Source: Candidatus Asgardarchaeum abyssi (GTDB lineage Archaea > Asgardarchaeota > Asgardarchaeia > Asgardarchaeales > Asgardarchaeaceae). From it: a DNA stretch of 32,000 nucleotides. Location: the NCBI GenBank assembly GCA_040225955.1, contig JBECUL010000016.1:1-32000 (forward strand), given 5' to 3'. A program made the translations under genes and the position numbers. The notes under the pieces were generated by a model that worked only from the letters and a program-made list of their open reading frames with translations, was not told the DNA's origin and searched no databases. Numbering within the stretch: the stretch's first letter is position 1; each line of letters begins with the position of its first letter. This document shows positions 1 through 8,008 of this stretch, piece after piece.

Positions 1-386
1 ATTTTCTTGGTGCCCAGTAAATCTATCAGCATCGTTACAACGCGTCTGACCTCGTACTTGGAAACATTCAACTTAGCAGCTATCGCCTCTACGGTCTCAC
101 CACGTAGTATGAGTTTTAGGATTTCCTTCTGCCTTCTATATTTCTCATATATAGCTTCTAATGAGGTATTTTCGTTAAATGAATGACCATTGGGGCATCG
201 ATACTTCTGAACTCGCTTTCCACCGTTGCGATATTTCCGCGTTGAGCCGTTTTTGAAAGCGGGTAATCCGCATCTTGGGCAGTGGACATTGCCTTCTCCG
301 ATGGGTTTTGGTAGGGCGTCAAATTTAAAAACTTCTAGTTCGTCTATACTTAGGGGTACGATGATAACTTTGTGTTTTTGGGGCAT
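1..386 (-). CDS. Zn-ribbon + helix-turn-helix protein, IS1 InsA / IS1595 N-terminal-like (transposase N-terminus or regulator); C-terminus lies beyond the window
   Basis: Not in the ORF track because it is open at the window edge. Hand translation of the reverse complement from ATG 386-384: MPQKHKVIIVPLSIDELEVFKFDALPKPIGEGNVHCPRCGLPAFKNGSTRKYRNGGKRVQKYRCPNGHSFNENTSLEAIYEKYRRQKEILKLILRGETVEAIAAKLNVSKYEVRRVVTMLIDLLGTKK... No stop in 128 codons. It has a CxxC...CxxxH zinc ribbon followed by an HTH-like segment (GETVEAIAAKLNVSKYEV). Confidence 0.6.
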   Translation of the reverse strand, partial: MPQKHKVIIVPLSIDELEVFKFDALPKPIGEGNVHCPRCGLPAFKNGSTRKYRNGGKRVQKYRCPNGHSFNENTSLEAIYEKYRRQKEILKLILRGETVEAIAAKLNVSKYEVRRVVTMLIDLLGTKK

Positions 387-408
387 ACTCTACTCATCAT
401 CGTACCCC
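353..408. promoter_or_regulatory. 13-bp perfect inverted repeat GGGGTACGATGAT (353-365) / ATCATCGTACCCC (396-408) bracketing the start codon of the Zn-ribbon/HTH gene
   Basis: Read directly from the sequence. The arms are exact reverse complements, and the 30-nt spacer contains the ATG (386-384, minus strand). The distal arm abuts a TATA-like TTTAAAAA (411-418, read on the minus strand). Confidence 0.6.
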
Positions 409-464
409 CTTTTTAAATCACCCATTCTCGGATGTTACCTTAAATTAAATAGGTATGAAAAGAT

Positions 465-494
465 GCATAAAACTTAAAAAACTGAGTTATATAT
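465..494 (+). promoter_or_regulatory. TATA-like elements upstream of tRNA-Arg
   Basis: CATAAAACTTAAAAAA and TTATATAT lie 14-43 nt upstream of the mature tRNA 5' end. The exact box is uncertain. Confidence 0.35.
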
Positions 495-507
495 CATAAA
501 TTAAAAT

Positions 508-597
508 GGGCCCGTGGCCTAGTCTGGATAAGGCGCAGGCCTGCGGAAGCTTATGTAGAGAGCCTGAGATCGGGGGTTCGAATCCCCCCGGGCCCGT
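508..597 (+). tRNA. tRNA-Arg (anticodon GCG) with a 14-nt intron at the canonical 37/38 position
   Basis: Hand-folded cloverleaf. Acceptor GGGCCCG/CGGGCCC, D-stem GCCT/AGGC, anticodon stem CAGGC/GCCTG, loop CU-GCG-GA, T-arm GGGGG-TTCGAAT-CCCCC, discriminator G. No encoded CCA. Confidence 0.85.
547..560 (+). other. tRNA intron (AAGCTTATGTAGAG) with a bulge-helix-bulge-like context
   Basis: Exon nt 32-35 (CUGC) can pair with intron GUAG (555-558) as a 4-bp central helix. It is flanked by two 3-nt bulges (GG|A and AG|A) that carry the predicted splice sites. Confidence 0.65.
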
Positions 598-599
598 AC

Positions 600-1109
600 T
601 TAACGTCTTTTTCTTCTTTCCTTTTTCGGTACAAAAGCATATCTACTTTTTAGTTTAGAGGACACAAACATTCCTAGTAATGCTACCACAGTAGCTGAGA
701 ATATTTCAACGATTGAAAATATGTACTCAACTCTTAGTGTTCTTATATAATTTCTAGTCAATTCTGAAATTTGTTGGACGTTGTTTAAAATGAAAACTCC
801 AAAATAAGGTACATAGTATAATATTATCACTAGTGAGAGAGCTGCTATAGGAATTTCTATTTTCTCATAAGGCTTAGATTCCCAAAGGTCACACAGTGCA
901 TCTATAATGCTAATGTATACCGCTGTAATAACTATTGCTATACTTAATCCTGTGATAACTAATGTTTCCATAGAGTCTATAAGCAGCACATATTGAGCAT
1001 GATATATAATTGGAATTTGGATAATGATGCTAACGCCGAATGCAAATATTATCATAGAAATGTATGGAAATTTTCGCCAATTTATTGCCATTGGCATAGA
1101 ATCCACCAC
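600..1109 (-). CDS. Hypothetical multi-pass membrane protein (about 4 hydrophobic helices, basic C-terminal tail)
   Basis: 169-aa ORF with long hydrophobic stretches (ISMIIFAFGVSIIIQIPII, LVITGLSIAIVITAVYISII, AALSLVIILYYVPYFGVFIL, IFSATVVALLGMFV) and a C-terminal KKERRKRR. I recognise no family. Confidence 0.55.
   Translation of the reverse strand: MVDSMPMAINWRKFPYISMIIFAFGVSIIIQIPIIYHAQYVLLIDSMETLVITGLSIAIVITAVYISIIDALCDLWESKPYEKIEIPIAALSLVIILYYVPYFGVFILNNVQQISELTRNYIRTLRVEYIFSIVEIFSATVVALLGMFVSSKLKSRYAFVPKKERRKRR
608..626 (+). terminator. Oligo-T tracts downstream of tRNA-Arg
   Basis: TCTTTTTCTTCTTTCCTTTTT lies right after the tRNA, and archaeal termination uses T-runs. The same bases on the other strand encode the KKERRKRR tail of the convergent ORF. 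Confidence 0.35.
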
Positions 1110-1145
1110 TTAAGTTAATATTTGCTGTCTACATAATTTGTGTCG

Positions 1146-1154
1146 TATATAAAA
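1146..1154 (-). promoter_or_regulatory. TATA-like box (TTTTATATA on the minus strand) for the membrane-protein gene
   Basis: About 37-45 nt upstream of the minus-strand start at 1109. Confidence 0.3.
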
Positions 1155-1255
1155 GGTTTATCTGTTCATGAAATTATAATTATCCTTGCATTGAGAGAAG
1201 AAAAGCATATATATTTTAATAGAAAAACTGGCGCCTAAAATATGGTTTATCAAAA

Positions 1256-1267
1256 AATATATAAAAT
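1256..1267 (+). promoter_or_regulatory. TATA-like box AATATATAAAAT for the uS19-led r-protein cluster
   Basis: About 40-50 nt upstream of the uS19 start. It is followed by the palindrome CGAAAGTTTCG (1274-1284). Confidence 0.4.
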
Positions 1268-1304
1268 GTATGTCGAAAGTTTCGTTTCAGAATAAAATGT
1301 TAGT

Positions 1305-1718
1305 GTGAGAAAAATGCCAAGAGAAATAACATATAAAGGATATACGGTGGAAGAATTACAAAAAATGCCTTTAGAGGAATTTATGAAAATAGTGCCATCG
1401 CGGCAGAGAAGATCCCTTAAGCGCGGATTTACTGAACCTCAACTTAAACTACTGGAGAAAATAAGGAAAGCAAAGAAACTATTAGCTCAAGGAAAACAAG
1501 TGAGGATAAGAACGCATGTACGTGACATGATTATAATTCCAGAGATGATAGGTCTAACAATAGAAGTTCATAATGGGAAGGTTTTCATACCAGTAACCAT
1601 TACTGTCGAACATCTTGGACATTATCTGGGTGAGTTTGCTATAACTAACAAAAGGGTGGTACATGGAGCTCCAGGCGTTGGTGCTACTAGAAGCTCACAA
1701 TATGTTCCACTTAAATGA
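1305..1718 (+). CDS. rps19p: 30S ribosomal protein uS19 (S19P)
   Basis: [34 protein letters not shown]... plus GHYLGEF near the C-terminus, and its position ahead of uL22-uS3. The start may be ATG 1314 rather than GTG 1305. Confidence 0.95.
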   Translation: MRKMPREITYKGYTVEELQKMPLEEFMKIVPSRQRRSLKRGFTEPQLKLLEKIRKAKKLLAQGKQVRIRTHVRDMIIIPEMIGLTIEVHNGKVFIPVTITVEHLGHYLGEFAITNKRVVHGAPGVGATRSSQYVPLK

Positions 1719-1734
1719 TAATATTTTTATAATG
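1718..1734 (+). promoter_or_regulatory. Promoter-like 17-mer ATAATATTTTTATAATG in the uS19-uL22 spacer
   Basis: Identical 17-mer recurs at 11821-11837 upstream of the DUF106 gene. It has a TTTTTATAAT TATA-like core. Confidence 0.4.
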
Positions 1735-1819
1735 CTGTTTCGAGTTGTTTCGATGTTTACAAGTTCGTTTCCTAAGAGAATCAATTGTTGATAATGAGTA
1801 TATTAATTAGTTCACGGAG

Positions 1820-2299
1820 ATGTTAGGAATGCCAAAATTTGGATATTCAATAATTGGATTGGATCCCGCAAAAACAGCAAAGGCTAGTGGCAGGGATTTA
1901 AGAATATCATTTAAAGCTGCGCGAGAAATCTGTGCTACGATTAAGGGAATGAAGCTTCTTGACGCTAAAGATTATCTTGAAAAAGTCATTGCAATGAAGG
2001 AAATGGTGCCATTCAGAAGGTATTTTAAAAAACAAGCACATCATGCCGATAAACTTAGAAGATGGAAATGGTTTACTGGTCGATATCCTGTTAAAGCTGC
2101 TAAGCACATCTTGAAAGTATTAGAGAATGTAGAAGCTAATGCTGAGGATAAAGGATTAGACGTAAGTAGACTTAGAATAATCCATGCAGCAGCTCAGAAA
2201 GGAATGAAGATTAAGAAATATATACCAAGAGCTTTTGGAAGAGCCACATCATATTTTGAGCAGTTAACACACGTTGAAATTGCTGTTAAAGAGGAGTAA
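1820..2299 (+). CDS. rpl22p: 50S ribosomal protein uL22
   Basis: PKFGYS...AKASGRDLRISFKAAREICATIKGM matches the archaeal L22 N-terminus, and synteny agrees. Alternative start ATG 1829. Confidence 0.95.
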   Translation: MLGMPKFGYSIIGLDPAKTAKASGRDLRISFKAAREICATIKGMKLLDAKDYLEKVIAMKEMVPFRRYFKKQAHHADKLRRWKWFTGRYPVKAAKHILKVLENVEANAEDKGLDVSRLRIIHAAAQKGMKIKKYIPRAFGRATSYFEQLTHVEIAVKEE

Positions 2300-2310
2300 G
2301 AGGGATTTAT

Positions 2311-2979
2311 ATGAAAGCAAAACAACATTTTTTAAGTCGTGGTATTCTCAAAATGAGATTGGATGAATATCTTGAGAACGAACTGGCTAGGGCTGGATAT
2401 GGTGGAGTTAATTTAGTAAAAACACCACTTGGAACACGTGTTATAATTAAAGCGGCTCGTCCTGGTATAGTAATAGGTAGGCATGGTAGAACCGTTCGAG
2501 AATTAACTGAAAAATTGCAAGAGCTTTTTCAAATTGAAAACCCCCAAATAGAGGTTGAAGAAATAACAACCCCTGAATTAAATGCGAGAGTTATGGCTGC
2601 ACGTCTTGCATCTGCTTTGCAAAGAGGAATCCATTTTCGTAGGGCTGGCTACTCTGTTCTTAGAAGAATAATGGGTGCTGGTGCTAAGGGTGTAGAAATT
2701 ATAATAAGTGGTAAACTAACTGGTCAGAGGGCTAAGTATCAAAAATTTAGAGCTGGTGTGGTTCTCAAAGCTGGTGAGCCTGCTATGAAATATGTTGATG
2801 AAGCAACAACTTCTGTTGTTCTAAAGCCAGGAGTCTTAGGTGTTACTGTGAGGATAATGAAACCAGATGCAGAATTACCAGATGCTATTGAAATAATAGA
2901 GGGTGTAGAATTTGAAGAAGGTGAGCTTCCTAAAGAAGAAAAACCCTCTGAGGAGACTAAAGAGCAGGAGAGTGAATAA
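2311..2979 (+). CDS. rps3p: 30S ribosomal protein uS3 (KH domain) with an acidic C-terminal tail
   Basis: GTRVIIKAARPGIVIGRHGRTVRELTEKL is a KH motif, and synteny agrees. Confidence 0.95.
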   Translation: MKAKQHFLSRGILKMRLDEYLENELARAGYGGVNLVKTPLGTRVIIKAARPGIVIGRHGRTVRELTEKLQELFQIENPQIEVEEITTPELNARVMAARLASALQRGIHFRRAGYSVLRRIMGAGAKGVEIIISGKLTGQRAKYQKFRAGVVLKAGEPAMKYVDEATTSVVLKPGVLGVTVRIMKPDAELPDAIEIIEGVEFEEGELPKEEKPSEETKEQESE

Positions 2980-2981
2980 AT

Positions 2982-3185
2982 ATGGGAATTTATAAAATGC
3001 GTGAAATAAGAGCCTGGGATCCAAGAGAGCGTGAAAAGAAATTGGCAGATTTACGTGCTGAATTAATTAGGTTAAGAACAAACCCTACCATGCTTGAGAA
3101 TACGTCTCAGATTAGAGAAATACGTAGAACTATAGCTAGAATACTAACTGTTATACGAGAGGAGCAACTAAAAAAATCAAAGTGA
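2982..3185 (+). CDS. rpl29p: 50S ribosomal protein uL29
   Basis: 67 aa, with LADLRAELIRLR typical of L29. It lies between uS3 and Rpp29/uS17. Confidence 0.9.
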   Translation: MGIYKMREIRAWDPREREKKLADLRAELIRLRTNPTMLENTSQIREIRRTIARILTVIREEQLKKSK

Positions 3186-3198
3186 GTGGCTGAACATC

Positions 3199-3486
3199 AT
3201 GAAAATAACTCCGCAAAATTTAATTAACCATGAATTAATAGGCCTCAAAGTTATAGTTCATGATCATACAAATCCCTCTTTTAAGAATATTAATGGAATA
3301 GTAGTATATGAAACTAAAAACATGTTGCATATTAAAAATCCCGAAGGGAAAGTATATAAAATATCAAAGAAGGATGGTGTATTTCGTTTCATAATATCTG
3401 ATGATTGTATTGTTGAGGTGGATGGTAAAATTATTAATAAACGACCTGAAGATAGAATAAAAATTCATCTCAGAAGGAGATGGTAA
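3199..3486 (+). CDS. rnp1: RNase P protein component 1 (Rpp29/Pop4)
   Basis: [35 protein letters not shown]...RPEDR, in the classic position between uL29 and uS17. It overlaps the uS17 start (ATGGTAA). Confidence 0.85.
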   Translation: MKITPQNLINHELIGLKVIVHDHTNPSFKNINGIVVYETKNMLHIKNPEGKVYKISKKDGVFRFIISDDCIVEVDGKIINKRPEDRIKIHLRRRW

Positions 3487-3821
3487 GAGTGCGAAATATA
3501 GGAATTCCAGTAAAAAACCCGCCGAAAGAGGAATGCGATGATCCACTATGTCCTTATCATGGTAATCTTCCAGTTCGTGGTAGAATATTAGAAGGAATAG
3601 TGGTTAGTGACAAAATGAAGAGGACTGTAGTTATTAAGAGAGAATATGCTTGGTATGTCAAAAAATACAAAAGATATGAAATGAGAACATCCAAAATAGC
3701 TGCGCATAATCCCCCTTGTATCAATGCAAAGGTTGGCGATAAAGTTAAAATTGCTGAATGCAGACCTCTTAGTAAAACAGTATCATTTGTTGTTATTGAG
3801 AAATTATCGGAGAGTGAATAA
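3480..3821 (+). CDS. rps17p: 30S ribosomal protein uS17
   Basis: [34 protein letters not shown] is typical of archaeal S17, and synteny agrees. Confidence 0.95.
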   Translation: MVRVRNIGIPVKNPPKEECDDPLCPYHGNLPVRGRILEGIVVSDKMKRTVVIKREYAWYVKKYKRYEMRTSKIAAHNPPCINAKVGDKVKIAECRPLSKTVSFVVIEKLSESE

Positions 3822-3823
3822 CT

Positions 3824-4243
3824 ATGTCCAAAAGAACAGGCACTGGTGTGGTAATAAAGGAGGTTGTATCTCGAGGTTTACCAGTAGGTGCTATTCTAAA
3901 ATGTGCTGATAACAGTGGCGCAAAAACAATGCAAATAATATCCGTTATCGGTTACAAGACTAGATTGAATAGATACCCAACGGCAGCTGTTGGTGACATG
4001 GTTGTAGTAACTGTTAAAACGGGAAAGCCAGAAATGAGAAAGAAAGTATGGCGTGCTATAGTAGTAAGACAAAGAAAGCCATATCGCAGAAGAGATGGAA
4101 CATGGATTCAGTTTGAAGATAATGCTGGTGTTATAGTCGATGAAAACGGAAATCCTAAGGGGTCTGAAATAAGAGGCCCTATTGCGAGAGAGGCTGCTGA
4201 GCGTTGGACGAACGTTGCTAAAATTGCAAAAATGATTGTTTGA
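3824..4243 (+). CDS. rpl14p: 50S ribosomal protein uL14
   Basis: [10 protein letters not shown]...VVVTVK...GVIV and synteny. Confidence 0.95.
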   Translation: MSKRTGTGVVIKEVVSRGLPVGAILKCADNSGAKTMQIISVIGYKTRLNRYPTAAVGDMVVVTVKTGKPEMRKKVWRAIVVRQRKPYRRRDGTWIQFEDNAGVIVDENGNPKGSEIRGPIAREAAERWTNVAKIAKMIV

Positions 4244-4253
4244 GGTGAATGAG

Positions 4254-4634
4254 ATGGTATCTACTCAACCAAGAAAACAAAGGAAGTTTTTATATGAAGC
4301 ACCACATCATAAAAGGGCTAAAATGATGTGCGCTCCTTTATCTCCAGAACTTAGAGCTCAATATGGTTTTCGTAGTTTACCGGTTAGAGAGGGCGATACT
4401 GTTATTGTTACAAGTGGTATTTATAAGAATTATGAGGGTACTGTAGAGAAAGTAGATAGAAAAAAATATCGCGTGTACATATCTGGAGTGACTATGGAAA
4501 AGGTTGATGGAACAACAGTTCCAGTTCCTATTCATCATAGTAAGGTTATGATTGTTAAATTAAATCTTAAGGATAAATGGAGACAAAAAATTATTGAGAG
4601 AAAGCAAGCTGCAAGAGGTGTGGTTGAAGAATGA
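4254..4634 (+). CDS. rpl24p: 50S ribosomal protein uL24 (KOW)
   Basis: SKQPRKQRK-like N-terminus (STQPRKQRKFLYEAPHH) and a KOW motif (GDTVIVTSGIYKNYEG). Start set at ATG 4254, after a GAGGTGA SD. The track ORF begins at TTG 4236. Confidence 0.93.
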   Translation: MVSTQPRKQRKFLYEAPHHKRAKMMCAPLSPELRAQYGFRSLPVREGDTVIVTSGIYKNYEGTVEKVDRKKYRVYISGVTMEKVDGTTVPVPIHHSKVMIVKLNLKDKWRQKIIERKQAARGVVEE

Positions 4635-5386
4635 CACGTAAGAGTGGTAGCTTAAAGCTAAAAAGAATAGCAGCGCCAAAGATATGGCCTATTCATCGGA
4701 AGGCCTATAAGTATATTATTAGGCCCAGACCTGGTCCTCATCCTAAGGACTTTTCTTTACCATTATTAATTATTCTTCGTGATATATTAGGAGTTGCTAA
4801 AACTAAAAGGGAAGCAAAAAGAATTCTAGCTGAAGGAAAAGTGAAGGTGGATGGTAAAATCCGTAAAGAGTTGGGTTACCCAGTCGGTATGATGGACGTC
4901 CTTGAGCTAGTTCCTTCTGGGGAGGTATATAGAATTCTTCCAAGTACGAAAGGGCGTTTAATTTTACATCCAATTTCTAAAGACGAATCCAATTTTAAAC
5001 TATGTTCAATTTATAATAAAACAACGGTAAGAGGAGGACATATACAGTTAAACTTACATGATGGTCGAAATGTTCTAATAAGAGTGAAGAATCCCGAAAA
5101 TCCAGAAGAAGATGTCTACAAGACTCTTGATGTTATTAAACTTGCAATACCTGAACAAAAAATATTAGATCACATACCATTTAAAGAAGGGGTGTTGGCA
5201 TTAATAATATATGGTAAAAATATGGGCAAAATAGGAAAAATTACAAAAATTGTGAAAACTCAAAGCCCTCACGCTAATGTTGCTGAACTTGTAACATTAG
5301 ATGGTGAAAAAATAGAAACTACGACCAAATATGTATTTCCAATAGGGTATGATAAACCTATAATCTCCATGCCGGAGATGAGCTAA
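4631..5386 (+). CDS. rps4e: 30S ribosomal protein eS4
   Basis: [15 protein letters not shown]...PGPH and S4/KOW architecture. ATGA overlap with uL24. Confidence 0.95.
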   Translation: MTRKSGSLKLKRIAAPKIWPIHRKAYKYIIRPRPGPHPKDFSLPLLIILRDILGVAKTKREAKRILAEGKVKVDGKIRKELGYPVGMMDVLELVPSGEVYRILPSTKGRLILHPISKDESNFKLCSIYNKTTVRGGHIQLNLHDGRNVLIRVKNPENPEEDVYKTLDVIKLAIPEQKILDHIPFKEGVLALIIYGKNMGKIGKITKIVKTQSPHANVAELVTLDGEKIETTTKYVFPIGYDKPIISMPEMS

Positions 5387-5387
5387 A

Positions 5388-5921
5388 ATGTCTGACTATG
5401 TCAAGGATTGGGAAGAACATCCTATGAGAAAACCATTTGTCGCGAAGGTTACAGTTAATATGGGTGTAGGACAGTCAGGTGAGCGTTTAGAGAAAGCAGT
5501 TAAGGTATTGGAGAGAATAACTGGGCAGAAGCCAGTAAAAACACGGGCTAAAAAAACCGTAAGAGAATGGGGTATTCGTAAAAAGGAACCAATCGCATGT
5601 AAGGTTACACTTAGAGGAGAAAAGGCTGTTGAATTTCTTAAAAAAGCATTATATGTAGTTGATAACAAACTCCCAGCTAGTTGTTTTGATGAATATGGTA
5701 ATTTTTCGTTTGGAATAAAAGAACATATAGATTTACCAGGAGTGAAATACGATCCAGAACTAGGAATTTTTGGTATGGATGTTTGTGTCACGTTAGAACG
5801 ACCTGGATTTAGAGTAAAAAGAAGAAAGATTAAAAGGTCTAAAATTGGTCGCAAACATTTGCTTACAAAGGAAGAAGCAATTGAATTCACTAAGCATGAG
5901 TTTGGTGTTACAATAGTTTGA
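5388..5921 (+). CDS. rpl5p: 50S ribosomal protein uL5
   Basis: [16 protein letters not shown]...[15 protein letters not shown] and synteny. Confidence 0.95.
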   Translation: MSDYVKDWEEHPMRKPFVAKVTVNMGVGQSGERLEKAVKVLERITGQKPVKTRAKKTVREWGIRKKEPIACKVTLRGEKAVEFLKKALYVVDNKLPASCFDEYGNFSFGIKEHIDLPGVKYDPELGIFGMDVCVTLERPGFRVKRRKIKRSKIGRKHLLTKEEAIEFTKHEFGVTIV

Positions 5922-5931
5922 GGTGTTAATA

Positions 5932-6090
5932 ATGTCTGATAAAAAACAAGTGAGAAGGATTGGTAAGGGATCCAGACGATGTAGAAGATGTGGAACGACA
6001 GTGGGGCTTATTAGAAGTCATGGTTTATACCTTTGTAGACGTTGTTTCAGAGAAGTTGCCGAACAACTAGGATTTAGAAAATATGAGTAG
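5932..6090 (+). CDS. rps14p: 30S ribosomal protein uS14 (Zn-ribbon type, 52 aa)
   Basis: Below the ORF-track cutoff. Hand translation: [52 protein letters not shown]. It has a CxxC...CxxC motif, a GAGGTG SD upstream, and sits between uL5 and uS8. Confidence 0.92.
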   Translation: MSDKKQVRRIGKGSRRCRRCGTTVGLIRSHGLYLCRRCFREVAEQLGFRKYE

Positions 6091-6098
6091 GTGATACT

Positions 6099-6488
6099 AT
6101 GTCACGAATGGATATATTAGCTGATGCTCTTTCAGCTATTATGAATGCATCTGTATTAGGAAAATCTGAAGTTGTAGTTCCTAGAAGTAAACTAGTAGGT
6201 GCGGTTTTGTATGAAATGCAGAAAGCAGGATATATTGGTATGTTTGAAATAATAGACGATGGTCGCGGTGGAAAAATAAAGGTTCAATTACTTGGTAGGA
6301 TAAACAAATGCGGGGCTATAAAGCCTAGGTTCTCGTTTAAGAAGAATGAGCTAGACAAGTGGGTAAGACATTTTTTGCCAGCAAGAGGTATAGGTATTGT
6401 TATCGTTTCAACGTCACAAGGCATAATGTCTCATGAGGAAGCTATGAAAAGAGGGTTAGGTGGTGTATTACTGGCTTATGTTTACTGA
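6099..6488 (+). CDS. rps8p: 30S ribosomal protein uS8
   Basis: [13 protein letters not shown]...[12 protein letters not shown] and synteny. AGGTGAT SD. Confidence 0.95.
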   Translation: MSRMDILADALSAIMNASVLGKSEVVVPRSKLVGAVLYEMQKAGYIGMFEIIDDGRGGKIKVQLLGRINKCGAIKPRFSFKKNELDKWVRHFLPARGIGIVIVSTSQGIMSHEEAMKRGLGGVLLAYVY

Positions 6489-6526
6489 GAATCATATGAC
6501 TAAGTAATTAAATTGGAGGTATAGTT

Positions 6527-7078
6527 ATGGGAAAAACCCCAATTGCTCGTGAGGAAATAGAAATTCCAGAGAATGTAGAGGTAACATTAAATGGTAAAGT
6601 TGTTACAATAAGAGGACCGAAGGGTGAAATTACCAAAGATTTTTCACATACTATTGTTAATATTAAAAGCTCTGATAATAAAATAATTGTTGAATATATC
6701 TTCCCAAGGAAGCGAGAAAAAGCCCAAGTAGGAACAGTAGCAGCTCATATTAGAAACATGATTAAGGGAGTAACTGAGGGGTTCGTATATAAGATGAAAA
6801 TTGTTTATTCTCACTTTCCATTCACCGTTCGAGTTGAGGGGAAAAATATAATTATTGAGAATTTCCTAGGAGAACGAGCTCCTCGAGTAGCGAAAATATT
6901 TGGAAATGCTAGAGTATCTGTTAAGGGTGATGATGTAATAATTGAAGGTATTGACATAGAGGAAGTGGGACAAACAGCCGCAAATATACGAAGAGCAACA
7001 CGTATTAAAGATAAAGATCCTCGTGTGTTTATGGATGGAATTTATCTTTACGAGAAAGGAGGTAAACGAATTGTCTGA
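6527..7078 (+). CDS. rpl6p: 50S ribosomal protein uL6
   Basis: IEIPENVEVTLNGKVVTIRGPKGE shows the two-domain L6 pattern, and synteny agrees. Confidence 0.95.
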   Translation: MGKTPIAREEIEIPENVEVTLNGKVVTIRGPKGEITKDFSHTIVNIKSSDNKIIVEYIFPRKREKAQVGTVAAHIRNMIKGVTEGFVYKMKIVYSHFPFTVRVEGKNIIIENFLGERAPRVAKIFGNARVSVKGDDVIIEGIDIEEVGQTAANIRRATRIKDKDPRVFMDGIYLYEKGGKRIV

Positions 7079-7547
7079 AAAAGCAAAGATCAATAGATTA
7101 CTGAAACTTCGAAAACTAATGAATAAAAAAAGACCAAAATTTATACGACAAGAAAGCTGGAGATATAAAAGAGTCCATCCTGAATGGAGAAGACCGCGTG
7201 GAATAGATAGCAAAATGGCTGAGAAAAGAAAAGGTTGGCCTAAGATGCCACAAATCGGATATGGTTCTCCTAAGTTAGTCAGACATTATCATCCTTCTGG
7301 TCGTCCTGAGGTTCTTATTCATAATGTTAAAGAGTTAGAATCATTAGATCCTGAAAAAGTAGTTCTTCGTATTGCGCATACAGTTGGTGAAAGAAAAAGA
7401 TTAGATATTGTTGAGCGAGCAAGTGAGCTCGGATTTAAGATAGTTAATGCTGCGCCAATAGAGGAAACTGCTGGTACGACCATTAGCGAAGAGGTCGAAG
7501 AAGGTGAAGAAATTAGCGAAGAAGAAACTAAGGAGGGATCAGAATGA
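7071..7547 (+). CDS. rpl32e: 50S ribosomal protein eL32 with an acidic C-terminal tail
   Basis: RPKFIRQESWRYKRV...WRRPRGIDSK is the L32e signature. Start placed at in-frame TTG 7071, after an AAGGAGGT SD. The track ORF is extended upstream to 7023, inside uL6. Confidence 0.9.
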   Translation: MSEKAKINRLLKLRKLMNKKRPKFIRQESWRYKRVHPEWRRPRGIDSKMAEKRKGWPKMPQIGYGSPKLVRHYHPSGRPEVLIHNVKELESLDPEKVVLRIAHTVGERKRLDIVERASELGFKIVNAAPIEETAGTTISEEVEEGEEISEEETKEGSE

Positions 7548-8008
7548 GTGTTAGGATACAGCGTAGAATGGTTGCAAGAATGCTAGGTGTTGGTGTGGAA
7601 CGCGTTTGGATAGATCCAGAACGGGTAGATGAAGTTAGCTTAGCTATCAGGAAGGAGGATCTCAGAAAATTGATTCATGATGGTGCAATCAAAATAAAGT
7701 CAATCAAGGGTACCAGCAGAAGCAGAGCACGGATTCTTCATATGAAAAAGAAAAAAGGTTTACGTAGAGGTCATGGTAGTAGAAAGGGTAAAAAAACTGC
7801 ACGACTTTCTTCAAAACGCATTTGGGTGAATAAGGTACGTGCATTAAGAAAATACATAAGAAAGTTAAAGGAAAAGGGTTATATTGATGTAAGGACGTAT
7901 AGAACTCTTTATATAAAAGCTAGCAGCGGCGTCTTTCATAGTGTGAGGCACATAAGAATGCATCTTCTAGAGCAAGGTATATTAAAGGAGCGGGAGCAAA
8001 GTGGCTAG
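7544..8008 (+). CDS. rpl19e: 50S ribosomal protein eL19
   Basis: [21 protein letters not shown]...[10 protein letters not shown] and synteny. Confidence 0.95.
   Translation: MSVRIQRRMVARMLGVGVERVWIDPERVDEVSLAIRKEDLRKLIHDGAIKIKSIKGTSRSRARILHMKKKKGLRRGHGSRKGKKTARLSSKRIWVNKVRALRKYIRKLKEKGYIDVRTYRTLYIKASSGVFHSVRHIRMHLLEQGILKEREQSG

Noticed and set aside
226-477. 83-aa plus-strand ORF from the track.
   Set aside because: It is antisense to the better-supported Zn-ribbon/HTH gene (1-386, minus), has no recognisable motif, and runs through that gene's promoter region.
1-1304. Looked for a duplicated tRNA-Arg 3' half (an att-site footprint of an integrated element), and likewise for tRNA-Ser.
   Set aside because: No second copy of GGTTCGAATCCCC...GGGCCCG or of CCGGTTCGAATCCGG occurs anywhere in the window. 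A partner site, if any, would lie outside it.
5396-5890. 164-aa minus-strand ORF spanning almost all of uL5. Similar long antisense ORFs occur at 6866-7213, 8775-9071, 13193-13603, 17367-17819, 18284-18619, 20194-20529, 20926-21333, 22031-22420 and 27839-28360.
   Set aside because: All lie exactly antisense to strongly supported conserved genes, have low-complexity Ser/Leu/Ile/Phe-rich composition, and lack SD or promoter context. They are shadow ORFs produced by the purine-rich codon usage of the sense strand.
7023-7070. N-terminally extended versions of track ORFs: eL32 from 7023, Rpo7 from 28671, eS24 from 30021, cbf5 from 13709, eS6 from 26359 and eL14 from 13353.
   Set aside because: The extensions overlap the upstream gene or spacer, lack homology to the family N-termini, and are followed by an internal start with a proper GGAGG or GGTGAT SD that matches the conserved N-terminus.
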